A DNA stretch of 64,000 nt from Trueperaceae bacterium (GTDB taxonomy: Bacteria; Deinococcota; Deinococci; Deinococcales; Trueperaceae): positions 1,408,001 through 1,472,000 of the forward strand of contig OZ243927.1 in NCBI GenBank assembly GCA_965213925.1, written 5' to 3'. The notes beneath the pieces are model-generated. The model had not been told where the DNA came from. It saw nothing but the letters and a program-made list of their open reading frames with translations, and did no database searches. Numbering within the stretch: position 1 is the stretch's first letter; each line of letters begins with the position of its first letter. The position numbers and the translations under genes were made by a program. Positions 39,270 to 49,375 of the stretch are shown piece after piece.

Positions 39270-39312
39270 GAAGCAAGGCATTTTTATTCTTAATTCTTGC
39301 TTCTTACTTCTC
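39240..39312. repeat. Heptamer (AGCAAGR) inverted-repeat array overlapping the lutA stop
   Basis: AGGAGCAAGGAGCAAGAAGCAAGGAGTAAGAAGCAAGG ... TTCTTGCTTCTTACTTCT. Confidence 0.75.
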
Positions 39313-39336
39313 CAGTTTTAGTAAAGAGAGGTTGAC

Positions 39337-40797
39337 ATGGCACTTCCCAGCAGACCCCCGAGCACAACGCCTATCCCCCTCCCGATGGCGTTTCAAGAGG
39401 CGGCGAAGAGCGAGTTGGAAAACGCCCAATTGCGGCGCAATTTGCACAAGGCAACCCACACCATCCGCGATAAACGCGCCGAGGTCGTGAACGAGCTGCC
39501 CGACTGGGAAGCGTTACGTGACGCAGGGCAGCAGGTTAAAGAAGAGGTCATGCGCAACCTGGACACATATCTGCTGAGGCTCGAGGAGTCCGTCACGAAC
39601 GCAGGCGGGCACGTGCACTGGGCGCGAGACGCAAAAGAAGCGCAAGACATCGTCACGCGCTTGGTCAAGGAGACGGGCACAAAAGAGGTCATTAAAGTCA
39701 AGTCGATGACCACCGAGGAGATTAAACTCAACGACGCGCTAGATGAGGCGGGCGTCCACGCCATCGAGACCGACTTAGCCGAACTCATCATCCAACTCGC
39801 CGGCGAGGAATCCTCGCACATCCTCGTCCCGGCGATTCACAAAAACCGCGCCGAAATCCGCGAACTCTTTTTACGCACGCTAGACGTGGACGAGCTATCC
39901 GACGACCCGAAGGAACTTACCGCAGCGGCGCGGCGCTACTTGCGCGAGAAGTTCTTAAACGTCGAAGTGGGCATCAGCGGCGCGAACTTCGCCGTGGCGG
40001 AAACGGGCACAGTCGGCGTGGTCGAATCTGAAGGCAACGGGCGGATGTGTTTGACGTTACCCAAAACGCTCATCAGTGTGATGGGTTTGGAGAAAATCCT
40101 CCCCTCTTGGCAAGACCTAGAGGTCTTTTTACAACTCCTGCCGCGCTCCTCGACGGGCGAGCGGATGAACCCCTACACGACGATGTGGACGGGACCGCAC
40201 GCAAATCATAGGGGCGGAGACGGACCACAGACCTTTCACCTCGTCCTACTCGATAACGGGCGCACCGACGTGTTGCGCGATGAGGTCGGGCGGCAGGCGC
40301 TCCACTGCATCCGCTGTAGCGCGTGTCTAAACGTTTGCCCCGTGTATGAGAAGGTTGGCGGGCACGCTTACCGCTCTATCTACCCTGGACCCATCGGCGC
40401 GATTTTGACGCCGCAACTCAAAGGAATCGAGAACGCTTCTTCTTTACCCTACGCCTCCTCGCTCTGCGGCGCGTGCTACGAGGTCTGCCCGGTCAAAATC
40501 GACATTCCGAAAGTTTTGGTGCATCTGCGTGGCAAGGTCATCGAAAAGAAAGAGGAGACGTTTAAGGGGAGAGCGAATCAAGAGGCGCTAGCGATGAAAG
40601 GTGCAGCGGCGATTTTTGCGAGCCAGAAGCGTTACGAGCGGGCGCAACGCCTCGCGAAATTGGCGCAGACGCCCTTTGTGCGTAGAGGTGCGATCGAGTA
40701 CTTGCCCGGTTATCTCTCGGGCTGGACGGCGACGCGGGACGTCAAAGCCGTGCCGCAAGAATCCTTCCGCGATTGGTGGCGCAAGCGTGAGCAGTAA
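39337..40797 (+). CDS. lutB: Lactate utilisation protein B (Fe-S)
   Basis: KSMTTEE, ETDLAE, ESEGNGR, CIRCSACLNVCP. Confidence 0.94.
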   Translation: MALPSRPPSTTPIPLPMAFQEAAKSELENAQLRRNLHKATHTIRDKRAEVVNELPDWEALRDAGQQVKEEVMRNLDTYLLRLEESVTNAGGHVHWARDAKEAQDIVTRLVKETGTKEVIKVKSMTTEEIKLNDALDEAGVHAIETDLAELIIQLAGEESSHILVPAIHKNRAEIRELFLRTLDVDELSDDPKELTAAARRYLREKFLNVEVGISGANFAVAETGTVGVVESEGNGRMCLTLPKTLISVMGLEKILPSWQDLEVFLQLLPRSSTGERMNPYTTMWTGPHANHRGGDGPQTFHLVLLDNGRTDVLRDEVGRQALHCIRCSACLNVCPVYEKVGGHAYRSIYPGPIGAILTPQLKGIENASSLPYASSLCGACYEVCPVKIDIPKVLVHLRGKVIEKKEETFKGRANQEALAMKGAAAIFASQKRYERAQRLAKLAQTPFVRRGAIEYLPGYLSGWTATRDVKAVPQESFRDWWRKREQ

Positions 40798-41443
40798 GGG
40801 CGTAGACAGTAGCGGGAGCGCGAAAGAGGTCATTCTAGGACGTATCCGCGAGATTATGCAGGACGCGCCCGCAGCGGAGCCGATCGCGCGCGAATATATT
40901 CAAACGTCTGAGCACGATGCGTCGTCGCAAATCGACCTCTTTACCGAGCGTCTGGTGGATTACGGTGCGGACGTTCATCATGTGACCTCTTCTGAGATTT
41001 CGAAAAAAGTGGCGGAGCTTTGTGGGGCTCAAAAGGTCGAAAGTTTGGTCGTACCAGCGGACTTGCCGCAGGACTGGCTGCCGAAAGAGGTGGAGATTCG
41101 TCCTGACGAGGGGTTGGGGCGGGAGGTGCTCGAGTCCACCGGCGGCGTCATGACCGGCTGCGCGCTCGCCGTCGCCCAAACCGGCACGATCATATTAGAC
41201 GGCGGCGAGCGGCAGGGGCGGCGCGTGATTACCTTGCTGCCCGACTTTCACATCTGCGTCGTCTTATCTGAACAAATCGCGGGCATCGTGCCCGAAGCCG
41301 TGAGCCGCTTGAAACCTTCCGCGAAGCGCCCGCTGACCTTTATCTCGGGACCCTCCGCCACCTCCGACATCGAGCTGAGCCGCGTCGAAGGCGTCCACGG
41401 TCCGCGCTCGCTCGCGGTGCTCGTGGTGAAAGGGGCGAGCTAA
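40787..41443 (+). CDS. lutC: Lactate utilisation protein C
   Basis: AVAQTGT, ISGPSATSDIE..RVEGVHGP; GTG 40787 overlaps the end of lutB. Confidence 0.9.
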   Translation: MSSKGVDSSGSAKEVILGRIREIMQDAPAAEPIAREYIQTSEHDASSQIDLFTERLVDYGADVHHVTSSEISKKVAELCGAQKVESLVVPADLPQDWLPKEVEIRPDEGLGREVLESTGGVMTGCALAVAQTGTIILDGGERQGRRVITLLPDFHICVVLSEQIAGIVPEAVSRLKPSAKRPLTFISGPSATSDIELSRVEGVHGPRSLAVLVVKGAS

Positions 41444-41645
41444 AGCGCACGTCTTTTCGCCTAACGGCTCAGGGCGACAGTCTCACCTTTCAGCCGATAG
41501 CCCAACCTCATCTCGAAAGGCTTCTTCACGCCTTTCTCACCTCCCGCTGATAGTTCTCTGAAGGATTTTAGGGTATAATCGTGTAATCCATCTAGGAGGC
41601 AGGGCCGCCACTCACAACCCGACTAACACAGATACGGACTCTGGC

Positions 41646-42248
41646 ATGGACGATATCAACAACCACGACACCATCCACGCACTCGACCCCTTCGCCTACG
41701 ACGAGGACCTGGAAGCGCTCAGCCCGATCGCAAACGTTAATGCGACGCGGGTGCTGATCCTCAACGCCTCATACGAGCCGCTGCATGTTTGCTCGGTTAA
41801 ACGGGCGGTGGCGCTTCTCATGTATGAGGTTGCCGAGCGCGTCGAGGACAGCGCCCGTGTGCTCCGCTCGCCCAGTCAAATCTTTGTGGTGCCGAGCGTG
41901 ATCCGCCTCAAGAAGTACGTGAAGCGTCCCCCGCGCCACCGCGTCGCCTTTAACCGCAAAAATGTCTTCCGCCGCGACGACCACACCTGCCAGTACTGCT
42001 TCGTCAAGAGCAGCGACCTCACGCTCGACCACGTGTTGCCGCGCAGTCGGGGCGGGGGAACGAGCTGGGAGAACGTGGTGGCGTGCTGCCACAAGTGCAA
42101 CGCGAAAAAGCGCGACCGTACCCCCGATGAGGCGAAGATGGCGCTCAAGCGCAAACCCTACGCGCCGCGCTTTATGTTCTCTTCGGCGTACGGCATCTTG
42201 CCGAGCATCGACCCGATTTGGGAAAAGTATCTACCGCGCTCCAAGTAA
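41646..42248 (+). CDS. HNH endonuclease
   Basis: VLILNASYEPL, PSVIRL, RDDHTCQYC, TLDHVLPRSRGG..WENVVACC..CN..K. Confidence 0.93.
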   Translation: MDDINNHDTIHALDPFAYDEDLEALSPIANVNATRVLILNASYEPLHVCSVKRAVALLMYEVAERVEDSARVLRSPSQIFVVPSVIRLKKYVKRPPRHRVAFNRKNVFRRDDHTCQYCFVKSSDLTLDHVLPRSRGGGTSWENVVACCHKCNAKKRDRTPDEAKMALKRKPYAPRFMFSSAYGILPSIDPIWEKYLPRSK

Positions 42249-42257
42249 TACGAGGTT

Positions 42258-42290
42258 GCACGGCTTAGTCTGAAAAACTAAGCCGTGCCC
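42258..42290 (+). terminator. Hairpin after the HNH gene
   Basis: GCACGGCTTAG-tctgaaaaa-CTAAGCCGTGC; weak T-tail. Confidence 0.5.
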
Positions 42291-42762
42291 TTCACGGATG
42301 AGACGTAAACTCGGCGCGACCCGCTAGCTAAAGCTGAGTTGCTGAAGAGTTTTATGCGCGAAGTAAAGTCGCTCTGCTCCCGCTGGGCGAAGCAACGCCC
42401 TCAGTAAGAATAATAAGGATAAGTAGTGCAATTCCGTATAACTTCGCCAGCGTTCGCTCGAGCCTCGTACAAAACGTGTCCTCACCTCGGTCTTCATCCA
42501 AGTTCTAACCGAACATTATCCTCTCTCTCATCGTGTATAGGTTGAGAGAGGGTTTCTTCGGCTTATTCAGAGCTGCAACTCGCATTTTCTCACCTTTTAT
42601 AAGAAACCGTTCATTACAATATAACAACTTTCATTTTCTTCGGGCAGTGCGTCGTGTAGAGAGGGAGACTCGCACCTTTGGGTTTAAGCGGATAGCTACG
42701 CGTCGCCGCCGAACCAGCTAACCAACACGCTCACTTAAACACGTTCGCTTAACAGAGGGGAA

Positions 42763-45369
42763 ATGATGAAGAGTTTAGGCAAATTGCCAGGTCAATTACT
42801 TAGCGCGGCGCTGCTCGCCGCGCTTATTTTGGTCGGCTGTCAACAGGAAGAAACGTCAGCTTCTGTGGCGGAGACGTTGCAAGACGATGGGCGCTTCAGT
42901 ACGTTGAGTTCGCTTTTGGGAGAGGGTGAGTTGCAGTCTTTGCAGGGCGGCTCTTTCACGATTTTCGCGCCGACGGACGAGGCGTTCGAGGCGCTCTATG
43001 AAGAGGTCGGTAGCATCGACCCCGAACGCCTCCGCCAAATTTTGCGCTACCACCTCGTACCCGAGGGATACAGCGCCGAAGACCTTATCGCGCTGGACGG
43101 GCAGAGCATTACGACGCTCGAGGGCGGCGACATCGCCATCAGCGTAGAGGACGGCGCGGTCATCTTGAATGGGCGCGTTAAGGTCATTCAAGCTGATATT
43201 TTCGCGCTGGACGGCGTTATTCATGTGATCGACGCCGTGCTCATCCCTGGCGAAGGTGATGGCGAGGGCGATGGGGGCGGCGAAGCGATCAGCTTCGAGA
43301 GCACACCGGGGCTCACGACGGTGCAAGACGACTCGGTGAGCGATTCCATCGAGATTGACGATCCGCGCTACTTGACTGACCTCAGCGTGACGCTCGATAT
43401 CACTCACCCGTTCGTCTTCGACCTCATCATCACTTTAGAGCACGAGGAAACGGGCACGATCATCACCTTAGTTGAGAAACCCCGCTCCGACGACAGCGAC
43501 GTTAAGACGACCTTGACCGACAGCGCCGAGCTGAGCCAAGCGGACGTTGCCTACGACCCGGAAGCCGACATCGAAGCGTTCCCCGAGGCTGAATATAGAC
43601 CGCTCGAGCCCCTGGAGTTCTTCTACGGCGAGGCGCTTGCGGGCACCTGGACGCTCACAGTGCGCGACGACGTAGACAATCCCGACTCGGGCACGCTCAA
43701 CGCCTGGTCACTCAACTTTGGCGCGGTGGCAGAAAAACCCGATCCCGCGATCTACCTGACGCCTGGCGGCAGCAACGTCAGCGCGCTCGTGCCGGGAACG
43801 ACGGAAGCGTTGGTTTTCAACGTTAAACGGCTCGCGGACTTAGAGGGCGACGTTGAGCTTAGCGCGGACAGCGGTGACGGACTCTCGGTAGACCCCGTCA
43901 CGATAGACGCGGACGCCGAACAAGGTGTGTTGCCTGTCGAGGTCGCTGACGGAGCCGACTTGGGCGAGCGGACGCTCACCGTCACCGCTCAGAGCGGTGA
44001 CGCAACGAGGGAGGTCACGCTCGAGCTGATGCTCGCCCCCTTCGACCACCACGACGTCGAACTCCTAGCCTACTTGCCCCTCGCCACCATCGGCACGCCC
44101 GACGGTGACGGCAACGACTCGTGGGGCTGGACCGACCCCGAGACGGATCAAGACATCGCCATGATGGGCACCACCACGGGCGTCGCCTTCGTAGACGTGA
44201 GCGACCCGAGCGAGCCGGAATACCTGGGGCTCTTGCCGAGCTACAGTCCTGAGGGCTCGGGCAATATCTGGCGCGACATCAAGGTCTACAAGAATCACGC
44301 CTTCGTGGTGAGCGAAGCCGAGGGTCACGGAATGCAAATTTTCGACCTCACGCAGCTTCGCTCGGTCTCGAGCCCGCAGACCTTCGAGGAGACCGCTCAC
44401 TACGACGGTTTCGGCAACGCGCATAATATCGTCATCAACGAGGCGACGGGCTTCGCCTATTCGGTCGGCGCAACCGAGGAACAGTACGACCAGGTCTGCT
44501 TCGGCGGTCTCCTGATGTTAGACCTCTCGACGCCCACCGAGCCGGCGTCTGCGGGCTGCTTCGCGGGCGGCGTGCCCGAGGGTGAGAGCGCGGGCGAAGC
44601 GTATCCCGAAGACGTCTACGTCCACGACGCCCAGTGCGTCATCTACGAGGGTCCAGATGAGGAGTATCAGGGCAGCGAAATCTGCCTCACTTCGGACGGT
44701 CAGATCAACGAAGGCAGCGCGGACTATTTAGGCGTCGCCGACGTGTCCGACAAAGATAACGTCGTGCAGGTCTCGAGGGTCGAATACGAAGGCGCAGGTT
44801 ACGCCCACCAGGGTTGGCTCACCGAAGACCACGCCTACTTCATCTTCAACGATGAGCTAGACGAACTCGATAACGGCGTCGACACCCTGACCTACATCTG
44901 GGACGTGCGCGACCTGGACAACCCCACGCTCGCAGGTACCTTCAAGAACCCCAGAGACGCCATCGGTCACAACACCTACACGCTGGACAATTACGCCTAC
45001 CAAGCGAACTACACGAGCGGTCTGCGCATCGTGGACTTGACCGACATCGGCGCAATCGAAGAGGTCGCTTACTTCGACACCTACCCCGAAGACGACGAAG
45101 ACAACCCCGAGCATGACCACGGCGACCACGACCATGACGACCACACTGAACTGAGGGCGCAAGCGTGCGCCGCAGGCGGCGCTAAGACGCAAAGTTTAGA
45201 AACGCTTCACCACCCCGAAGAGAACCCGCTCGCGCTCGCCTGCACCGAGGCGGCAGCCTTTAGCGGCGTCTGGAGCAACTACCCCTACTTTGACGACATC
45301 GTCATCTTGAGCGATATCGACCGGGGCTTCTTCATCGTCAAACCGGACATTCACGACCACGATCATTAG
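42763..45369 (+). CDS. Lipoprotein fusing fasciclin, proprotein-convertase P-domain and choice-of-anchor B/LVIVD-like domain
   Basis: Lipobox ILVGC; TIFAPTDEAF..GVIHVIDAVL; ITHP..DL..GTWTLTVRD..GTLNAWSL; DSWGW, WRDIKVY, AHN, HDAQ, YAHQGWL, HN, NYTSG, WSNYPY. Confidence 0.88.
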   Translation: MMKSLGKLPGQLLSAALLAALILVGCQQEETSASVAETLQDDGRFSTLSSLLGEGELQSLQGGSFTIFAPTDEAFEALYEEVGSIDPERLRQILRYHLVPEGYSAEDLIALDGQSITTLEGGDIAISVEDGAVILNGRVKVIQADIFALDGVIHVIDAVLIPGEGDGEGDGGGEAISFESTPGLTTVQDDSVSDSIEIDDPRYLTDLSVTLDITHPFVFDLIITLEHEETGTIITLVEKPRSDDSDVKTTLTDSAELSQADVAYDPEADIEAFPEAEYRPLEPLEFFYGEALAGTWTLTVRDDVDNPDSGTLNAWSLNFGAVAEKPDPAIYLTPGGSNVSALVPGTTEALVFNVKRLADLEGDVELSADSGDGLSVDPVTIDADAEQGVLPVEVADGADLGERTLTVTAQSGDATREVTLELMLAPFDHHDVELLAYLPLATIGTPDGDGNDSWGWTDPETDQDIAMMGTTTGVAFVDVSDPSEPEYLGLLPSYSPEGSGNIWRDIKVYKNHAFVVSEAEGHGMQIFDLTQLRSVSSPQTFEETAHYDGFGNAHNIVINEATGFAYSVGATEEQYDQVCFGGLLMLDLSTPTEPASAGCFAGGVPEGESAGEAYPEDVYVHDAQCVIYEGPDEEYQGSEICLTSDGQINEGSADYLGVADVSDKDNVVQVSRVEYEGAGYAHQGWLTEDHAYFIFNDELDELDNGVDTLTYIWDVRDLDNPTLAGTFKNPRDAIGHNTYTLDNYAYQANYTSGLRIVDLTDIGAIEEVAYFDTYPEDDEDNPEHDHGDHDHDDHTELRAQACAAGGAKTQSLETLHHPEENPLALACTEAAAFSGVWSNYPYFDDIVILSDIDRGFFIVKPDIHDHDH

Positions 45370-45374
45370 GTGAC

Positions 45375-45404
45375 GGTAGGGATGATTTGTAAATCGTTCC
45401 TACT
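45375..45404. repeat. GTAG-type REP-like palindrome
   Basis: GTAGGGATGATTT-gt-AAATCGTTCCTAC. Confidence 0.6.
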
Positions 45405-45406
45405 CA

Positions 45407-45603
45407 GTACACTGTCAGCTAAATTCTGCAACACTGTTGTCACCCTGTTCACGAAGTTAGGCGTAGCCCGGTTGCCGAAGGGTCTCGTCTTCCAATCTCG
45501 ACGATTGGAAGACGAGATTCTTCGACTCCGCTTCGCTCTTCTTCGAAGGTGCTAACGCGAACCGCTCAGAATGACATCACTCATTTTTTACTTGACGCTG
45601 TAC
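45407..45603 (+). mobile_element. MITE-like element copy D
   Basis: Ends GTACACTGTCAGC ... CTTGACGCTGTAC; exact TCA/TCA flanks. Confidence 0.82.
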
Positions 45604-45634
45604 TCAGCGCCATATTCGACTGTAGCTAAACCGT

Positions 45635-45663
45635 GTAGGGGCAAGTTCGAAGCTTGCTCCTAC
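45635..45663. repeat. GTAG-type REP-like palindrome
   Basis: GTAGGGGCAAG-ttcgaag-CTTGCTCCTAC. Confidence 0.6.
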
Positions 45664-45770
45664 AAACATGTACTCTAAGGCGCGATAACTCACCTCTTGT
45701 ACCCAGCCTGGCATTCCACCTGAGCGGCGTGAGGTAGGCTAGTTCTCATGTTGATGTCGGCGGAACGTGC

Positions 45771-47048
45771 GTGTTAGGGCTACGAACTTTAGGGAAGACC
45801 AAATCTTGGGCACAGGGCGTCTTTTACGGCTGGTGGGTCTTAGCTGGAAGTGTCGCCACCCAATTCTTAACCGCGAGCTTTACCTTGCAGTCTTTTGGCG
45901 CGTACTTCGCGGTGATGGCTCCCGAGTTCGGCTGGAGCAAAACGGCGTTTTCGGTGGCGTTTGGCATTCAGCAGGCGGGGGGCGGCTTGCTGGGACCGGT
46001 TATCGGCTGGCTCTTGGGGCGCTTCGGCTCGAGGGGGGTCATCCGCGTCGGGCTCATTATCTTCGCCATCGGCGTCGCCTTGCTCAGTCAAATTCAGACG
46101 CTGGCGCATTTCTACGGTGCAGTCTGCGTGATCGCCCTAGGTGCTAGCTTGTCTGGTTTTTTGCCGCTCAACACCGTTGTTGTGCAGTGGTTTCGGCGCT
46201 GGCGCTCGTTGGCGTTGGCGTTCGTGCAGACGGGAATTGCGCTAGGCGGGCTTGTCGTCCCTATCGTCGCGTGGGCGCTAGAGACCTACGGTTGGCGCGC
46301 TTCGGCGCTGGGCTCGAGTCTCCTGGTCCTTCTTATCGGCGTCCCGCTGACCTACGTTCTGCGCAATACGCCCGAAGAGATGGACTTAGAACCCGACGGC
46401 GGTTTACCGCCGCAGAACCCGGACGCTGACCCTCAAGAGCGCGACTTCACCGCGCGTGAGGCAGTCCGCACGAGAGCCTTCTGGTTCATCTCCTTCGGTC
46501 ACTCTTTGGCGCTCGGCGTCGTCTTCGCCGTGCTCGCGCACCTCGTCGTCTTCCTCACAGACGACTACGGCTTTTCGCTTACACTTGCCGCGACGATGGT
46601 CACGGTCATGACCTCGATGAGCGTCGCCGGGCAGCTTATCGGCGGCGTTTTGGGTGACAAGTTCGACAAGCGCTTCATCGCCACCGCCGCGATGTTCGGT
46701 CATGCGGGCGGACTACTTATGCTGACCTACGGCACGGGGCTTCCGTGGGCGATCGCCTTCGCGGTCACGCACGGGCTCGCGTGGGGGCTGCGCGGCCCTG
46801 TTATGCAGTCTCTACGCGCGGACTACTTCGGGCGCACCCACTTCGGACAGATCATGGGGCTCTCCTCGCCGATCATCACGGTGGGAATGGTGGGCGGTCC
46901 GGTAGTCGCGGGCAGCTTTGCCGACCTTTTCGGCAGCTACCACATCGGTTTTACGGTGCTCGCCGCGTTCGCTGCGCTGGGTTCGGTCTTCTTTGTGTTG
47001 GCGACACCGCCAAAGCGTTCTGAGTCGGAATTTAAGCCAGCCGAGTAA
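45771..47048 (+). CDS. MFS transporter
   Basis: FYGWW, G.LLGRFGSR, WFRRWRSLA, ADYFGR; about 12 TMs. Confidence 0.92.
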   Translation: MLGLRTLGKTKSWAQGVFYGWWVLAGSVATQFLTASFTLQSFGAYFAVMAPEFGWSKTAFSVAFGIQQAGGGLLGPVIGWLLGRFGSRGVIRVGLIIFAIGVALLSQIQTLAHFYGAVCVIALGASLSGFLPLNTVVVQWFRRWRSLALAFVQTGIALGGLVVPIVAWALETYGWRASALGSSLLVLLIGVPLTYVLRNTPEEMDLEPDGGLPPQNPDADPQERDFTAREAVRTRAFWFISFGHSLALGVVFAVLAHLVVFLTDDYGFSLTLAATMVTVMTSMSVAGQLIGGVLGDKFDKRFIATAAMFGHAGGLLMLTYGTGLPWAIAFAVTHGLAWGLRGPVMQSLRADYFGRTHFGQIMGLSSPIITVGMVGGPVVAGSFADLFGSYHIGFTVLAAFAALGSVFFVLATPPKRSESEFKPAE

Positions 47049-47136
47049 GCTGTGATTTCCTTTTATGCTAACGTCACAGTGAAAGGCTGAGACTAAGGGC
47101 AGACTGAGGGTGCACGCCACTTAACGAATGAGGTAC

Positions 47137-47331
47137 ATGATGAATGATGATAGACAGGACCGCAGGCAGGACGATGACCGCGAGCTGACCTTCGAGAGCG
47201 GCTACGGGGCGCAGGACAAGGTGTTGGAGGATGACGAGACCTTGGAGGACGTCGCGGGCGTGAGCGAAGAGGATATCCGCGAAGACTTGCGGGAAACACA
47301 AGAAGAGGATGAGGCGAAAAGCAAAGATTAG
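47137..47331 (+). CDS. Small acidic hypothetical protein
   Basis: GAGGT RBS before ATG; D/E-rich 64 aa; host-like codon use. Confidence 0.55.
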   Translation: MMNDDRQDRRQDDDRELTFESGYGAQDKVLEDDETLEDVAGVSEEDIREDLRETQEEDEAKSKD

Positions 47332-47341
47332 GGCGCGGGGC

Positions 47342-47884
47342 TCAGGTCAGCCTCGAAAAGACAATCTGAATGCCCATAAAGATACCGAGCGGCAAAACGA
47401 TGACGAGCAGCGCGTAGATCGTCACGACGGGCCAGACTGCCCGCTCCAGGAAAACTTGCAAACCGTAGCGGAGCACCGCGAGATGCCACACGAGCAAAAG
47501 CCCTACGCTCAGCACGAAGCCCAGCATGGGAACGACTAACAGAGCAGGCAGCATCGAGACGCCGACGAAAAACGCGGGCGTCCAACTCCAGCCCGCGACC
47601 TCCCACGCCCGCACGTCGAGCGAGCCGGGGCGCTGCAATGAGACGCCGCCCAAACCCCAGAAGAAGAGTAGTTGCAACGCGCCTACACCGAGCGCGAGCG
47701 CGAAGATAGGCAAGTAGGCGTTCGAGCCGCTCGAGCGGATGAACGCCAGCGCTAGCGTAAGCGCGTAGACGAGGTAGGAACAGAACGCTACGGTAAAGGC
47801 TCTGAGGATACGAGCGTCCTGGGGCTCCAACCAGGTAAAAAACCGGCGCGGAGCCGACGCCGCCGACCACATCTCCTGGATCAT
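47342..47884 (-). CDS. Yip1-like membrane protein
   Basis: About five TMs; APRRFF start motif; overlaps the mqnD stop. Confidence 0.7.
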   Translation of the reverse strand: MIQEMWSAASAPRRFFTWLEPQDARILRAFTVAFCSYLVYALTLALAFIRSSGSNAYLPIFALALGVGALQLLFFWGLGGVSLQRPGSLDVRAWEVAGWSWTPAFFVGVSMLPALLVVPMLGFVLSVGLLLVWHLAVLRYGLQVFLERAVWPVVTIYALLVIVLPLGIFMGIQIVFSRLT

Positions 47885-48729
47885 GAAGCGGGAGCCGTCT
47901 GTAGGGTGAGGAAAAGAGGTTCTTTGGGCTCCGGGATGAGACCCCTTCCTTTCGCGCGCTCGAGCAGGGTCCGCACCGCCTGCTCACCCGTTTCGCCGAC
48001 GTCTAACGAATAGTCGTTCACGTAGAGGTCAATGTGCCGCTGCATGACCTCTGCCGACATCTCCTGCGCGTGCGCCGCGACGTAGGGCTGCGCCTCTTCG
48101 CAGTGACGGTAGCTGTAGCGTAAACTGTCCCGGATGACCTCTTGAATGTGCGCCAACCTCTTCTCGCCTAACGAACGCCGCGCCATGATGCCGCCGAGCG
48201 GCAAGGGCAAGCCCGTCTCCTGTTCCCACCACTCGCCCAGGTCGAGATGTTTCTGCAAGCCGTACTCCGCGAATGTAAAACGCGACTCGTGGATGATGAG
48301 CCCCGCGTCCACCTCGCCTGCCGCGACTGCGGGCATAATTTTGTCGTAGCGAAGCTCTACGACTTCAATATCGTCAGGTTGCGAAAGCTTGAGCAAGAGG
48401 TTCGCGGTGGTGAGCCCGCCGGGGATAGCGACGCGCCTGCCCGAGAGGTCACCCAGGACCTCTTTCGTCACGAGGAGCGGCCCGACGCCCTTGCCGAGCG
48501 CGCCGCCGCTACGGAGCATGACGTAGTCGTCCGTGAGGTGTCCGTAAGCGTGATAGCTGATTTTGGTCACGTCTAACGCACCCTTTCGCGCCAACCGGTT
48601 GAGGGCTTCGACGTCCCCTAGCCTCACCTGCCAGTCCATATCAGAAGCGACCTTGCCGTGCGCTAGTCCGTAGAAGATAAAGCAGTCGTTGGGGCAAGGT
48701 GAATATCCGAGCGTCAAAGGTGTCGTCAC
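47881..48729 (-). CDS. mqnD: 1,4-dihydroxy-6-naphthoate synthase
   Basis: GYSPCPND, DVEALN, IIHESRFT, DLGEWW, PLPLG, HIDLYVN. Confidence 0.95.
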   Translation of the reverse strand: MTTPLTLGYSPCPNDCFIFYGLAHGKVASDMDWQVRLGDVEALNRLARKGALDVTKISYHAYGHLTDDYVMLRSGGALGKGVGPLLVTKEVLGDLSGRRVAIPGGLTTANLLLKLSQPDDIEVVELRYDKIMPAVAAGEVDAGLIIHESRFTFAEYGLQKHLDLGEWWEQETGLPLPLGGIMARRSLGEKRLAHIQEVIRDSLRYSYRHCEEAQPYVAAHAQEMSAEVMQRHIDLYVNDYSLDVGETGEQAVRTLLERAKGRGLIPEPKEPLFLTLQTAPAS

Positions 48730-48735
48730 GGTGAT

Positions 48736-49158
48736 CTACAGCAACCTTTGGTGATCTGCGAGCATACAGCGGCTTTGGATGACATCAATTCCGGCGTCTG
48801 AAAGCTGTTCTGCAACCTCATCGTGACGGATGCCCGACTGAAACCAAACGACTTTAGGGCGCGGCTCCATCGCCAAAATATCTTCGACATGCTCGGGTAG
48901 ATTGTCGCTGCGGCGGAAAACGTCCACCACATCAATCGGTTTTTGCAGGTCTTGAAGGTTTGGTAAGAAGGGTTCTCCGAAAAGCGTCTTCCCCTCGTGT
49001 ACGGGATTGACCGGGTAGATCGTGTAGCCTTCGCCGTAGAGGTACTTAGGGACGTAGTGCGCCGCCTTGCTCTCGCGTACGTTCGCACCCAAAACTGCAA
49101 CGGTTTCGCTCTCGCGGAGCACGCGCACAACCTCTTCTATGTCGGTGAGTATCGCCAT
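48736..49158 (-). CDS. CoA-binding protein (YccU-like)
   Basis: VAVLGA, IYPVNP, DVVDVFR, VWFQSG, RCM. Confidence 0.92.
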   Translation of the reverse strand: MAILTDIEEVVRVLRESETVAVLGANVRESKAAHYVPKYLYGEGYTIYPVNPVHEGKTLFGEPFLPNLQDLQKPIDVVDVFRRSDNLPEHVEDILAMEPRPKVVWFQSGIRHDEVAEQLSDAGIDVIQSRCMLADHQRLL

Positions 49159-49375
49159 GCTTCAGTCTACGCGATAAGGGGCTGTATGAACTCTGTCTAC
49201 AAAACTCGCGTGTATTAAAACTCGAGGGGCTAAAACGAGAGGCTAGAATCCAGTACGGTTAGTCCAAACATGGTGTGACAATCTACACACGCGCCTTTCT
49301 CCCTCACCTATGCTGCTACTTAGGGCACAAGAACGCAAAAACGTGTCTGTATCTACATCTTCAAGGGGGAGTAGT

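Noticed and set aside
41646..42248. HNH gene as a defence or mobile system
   Set aside because: Stand-alone member of a widespread family with host-like composition; no methylase, array or element ends nearby.
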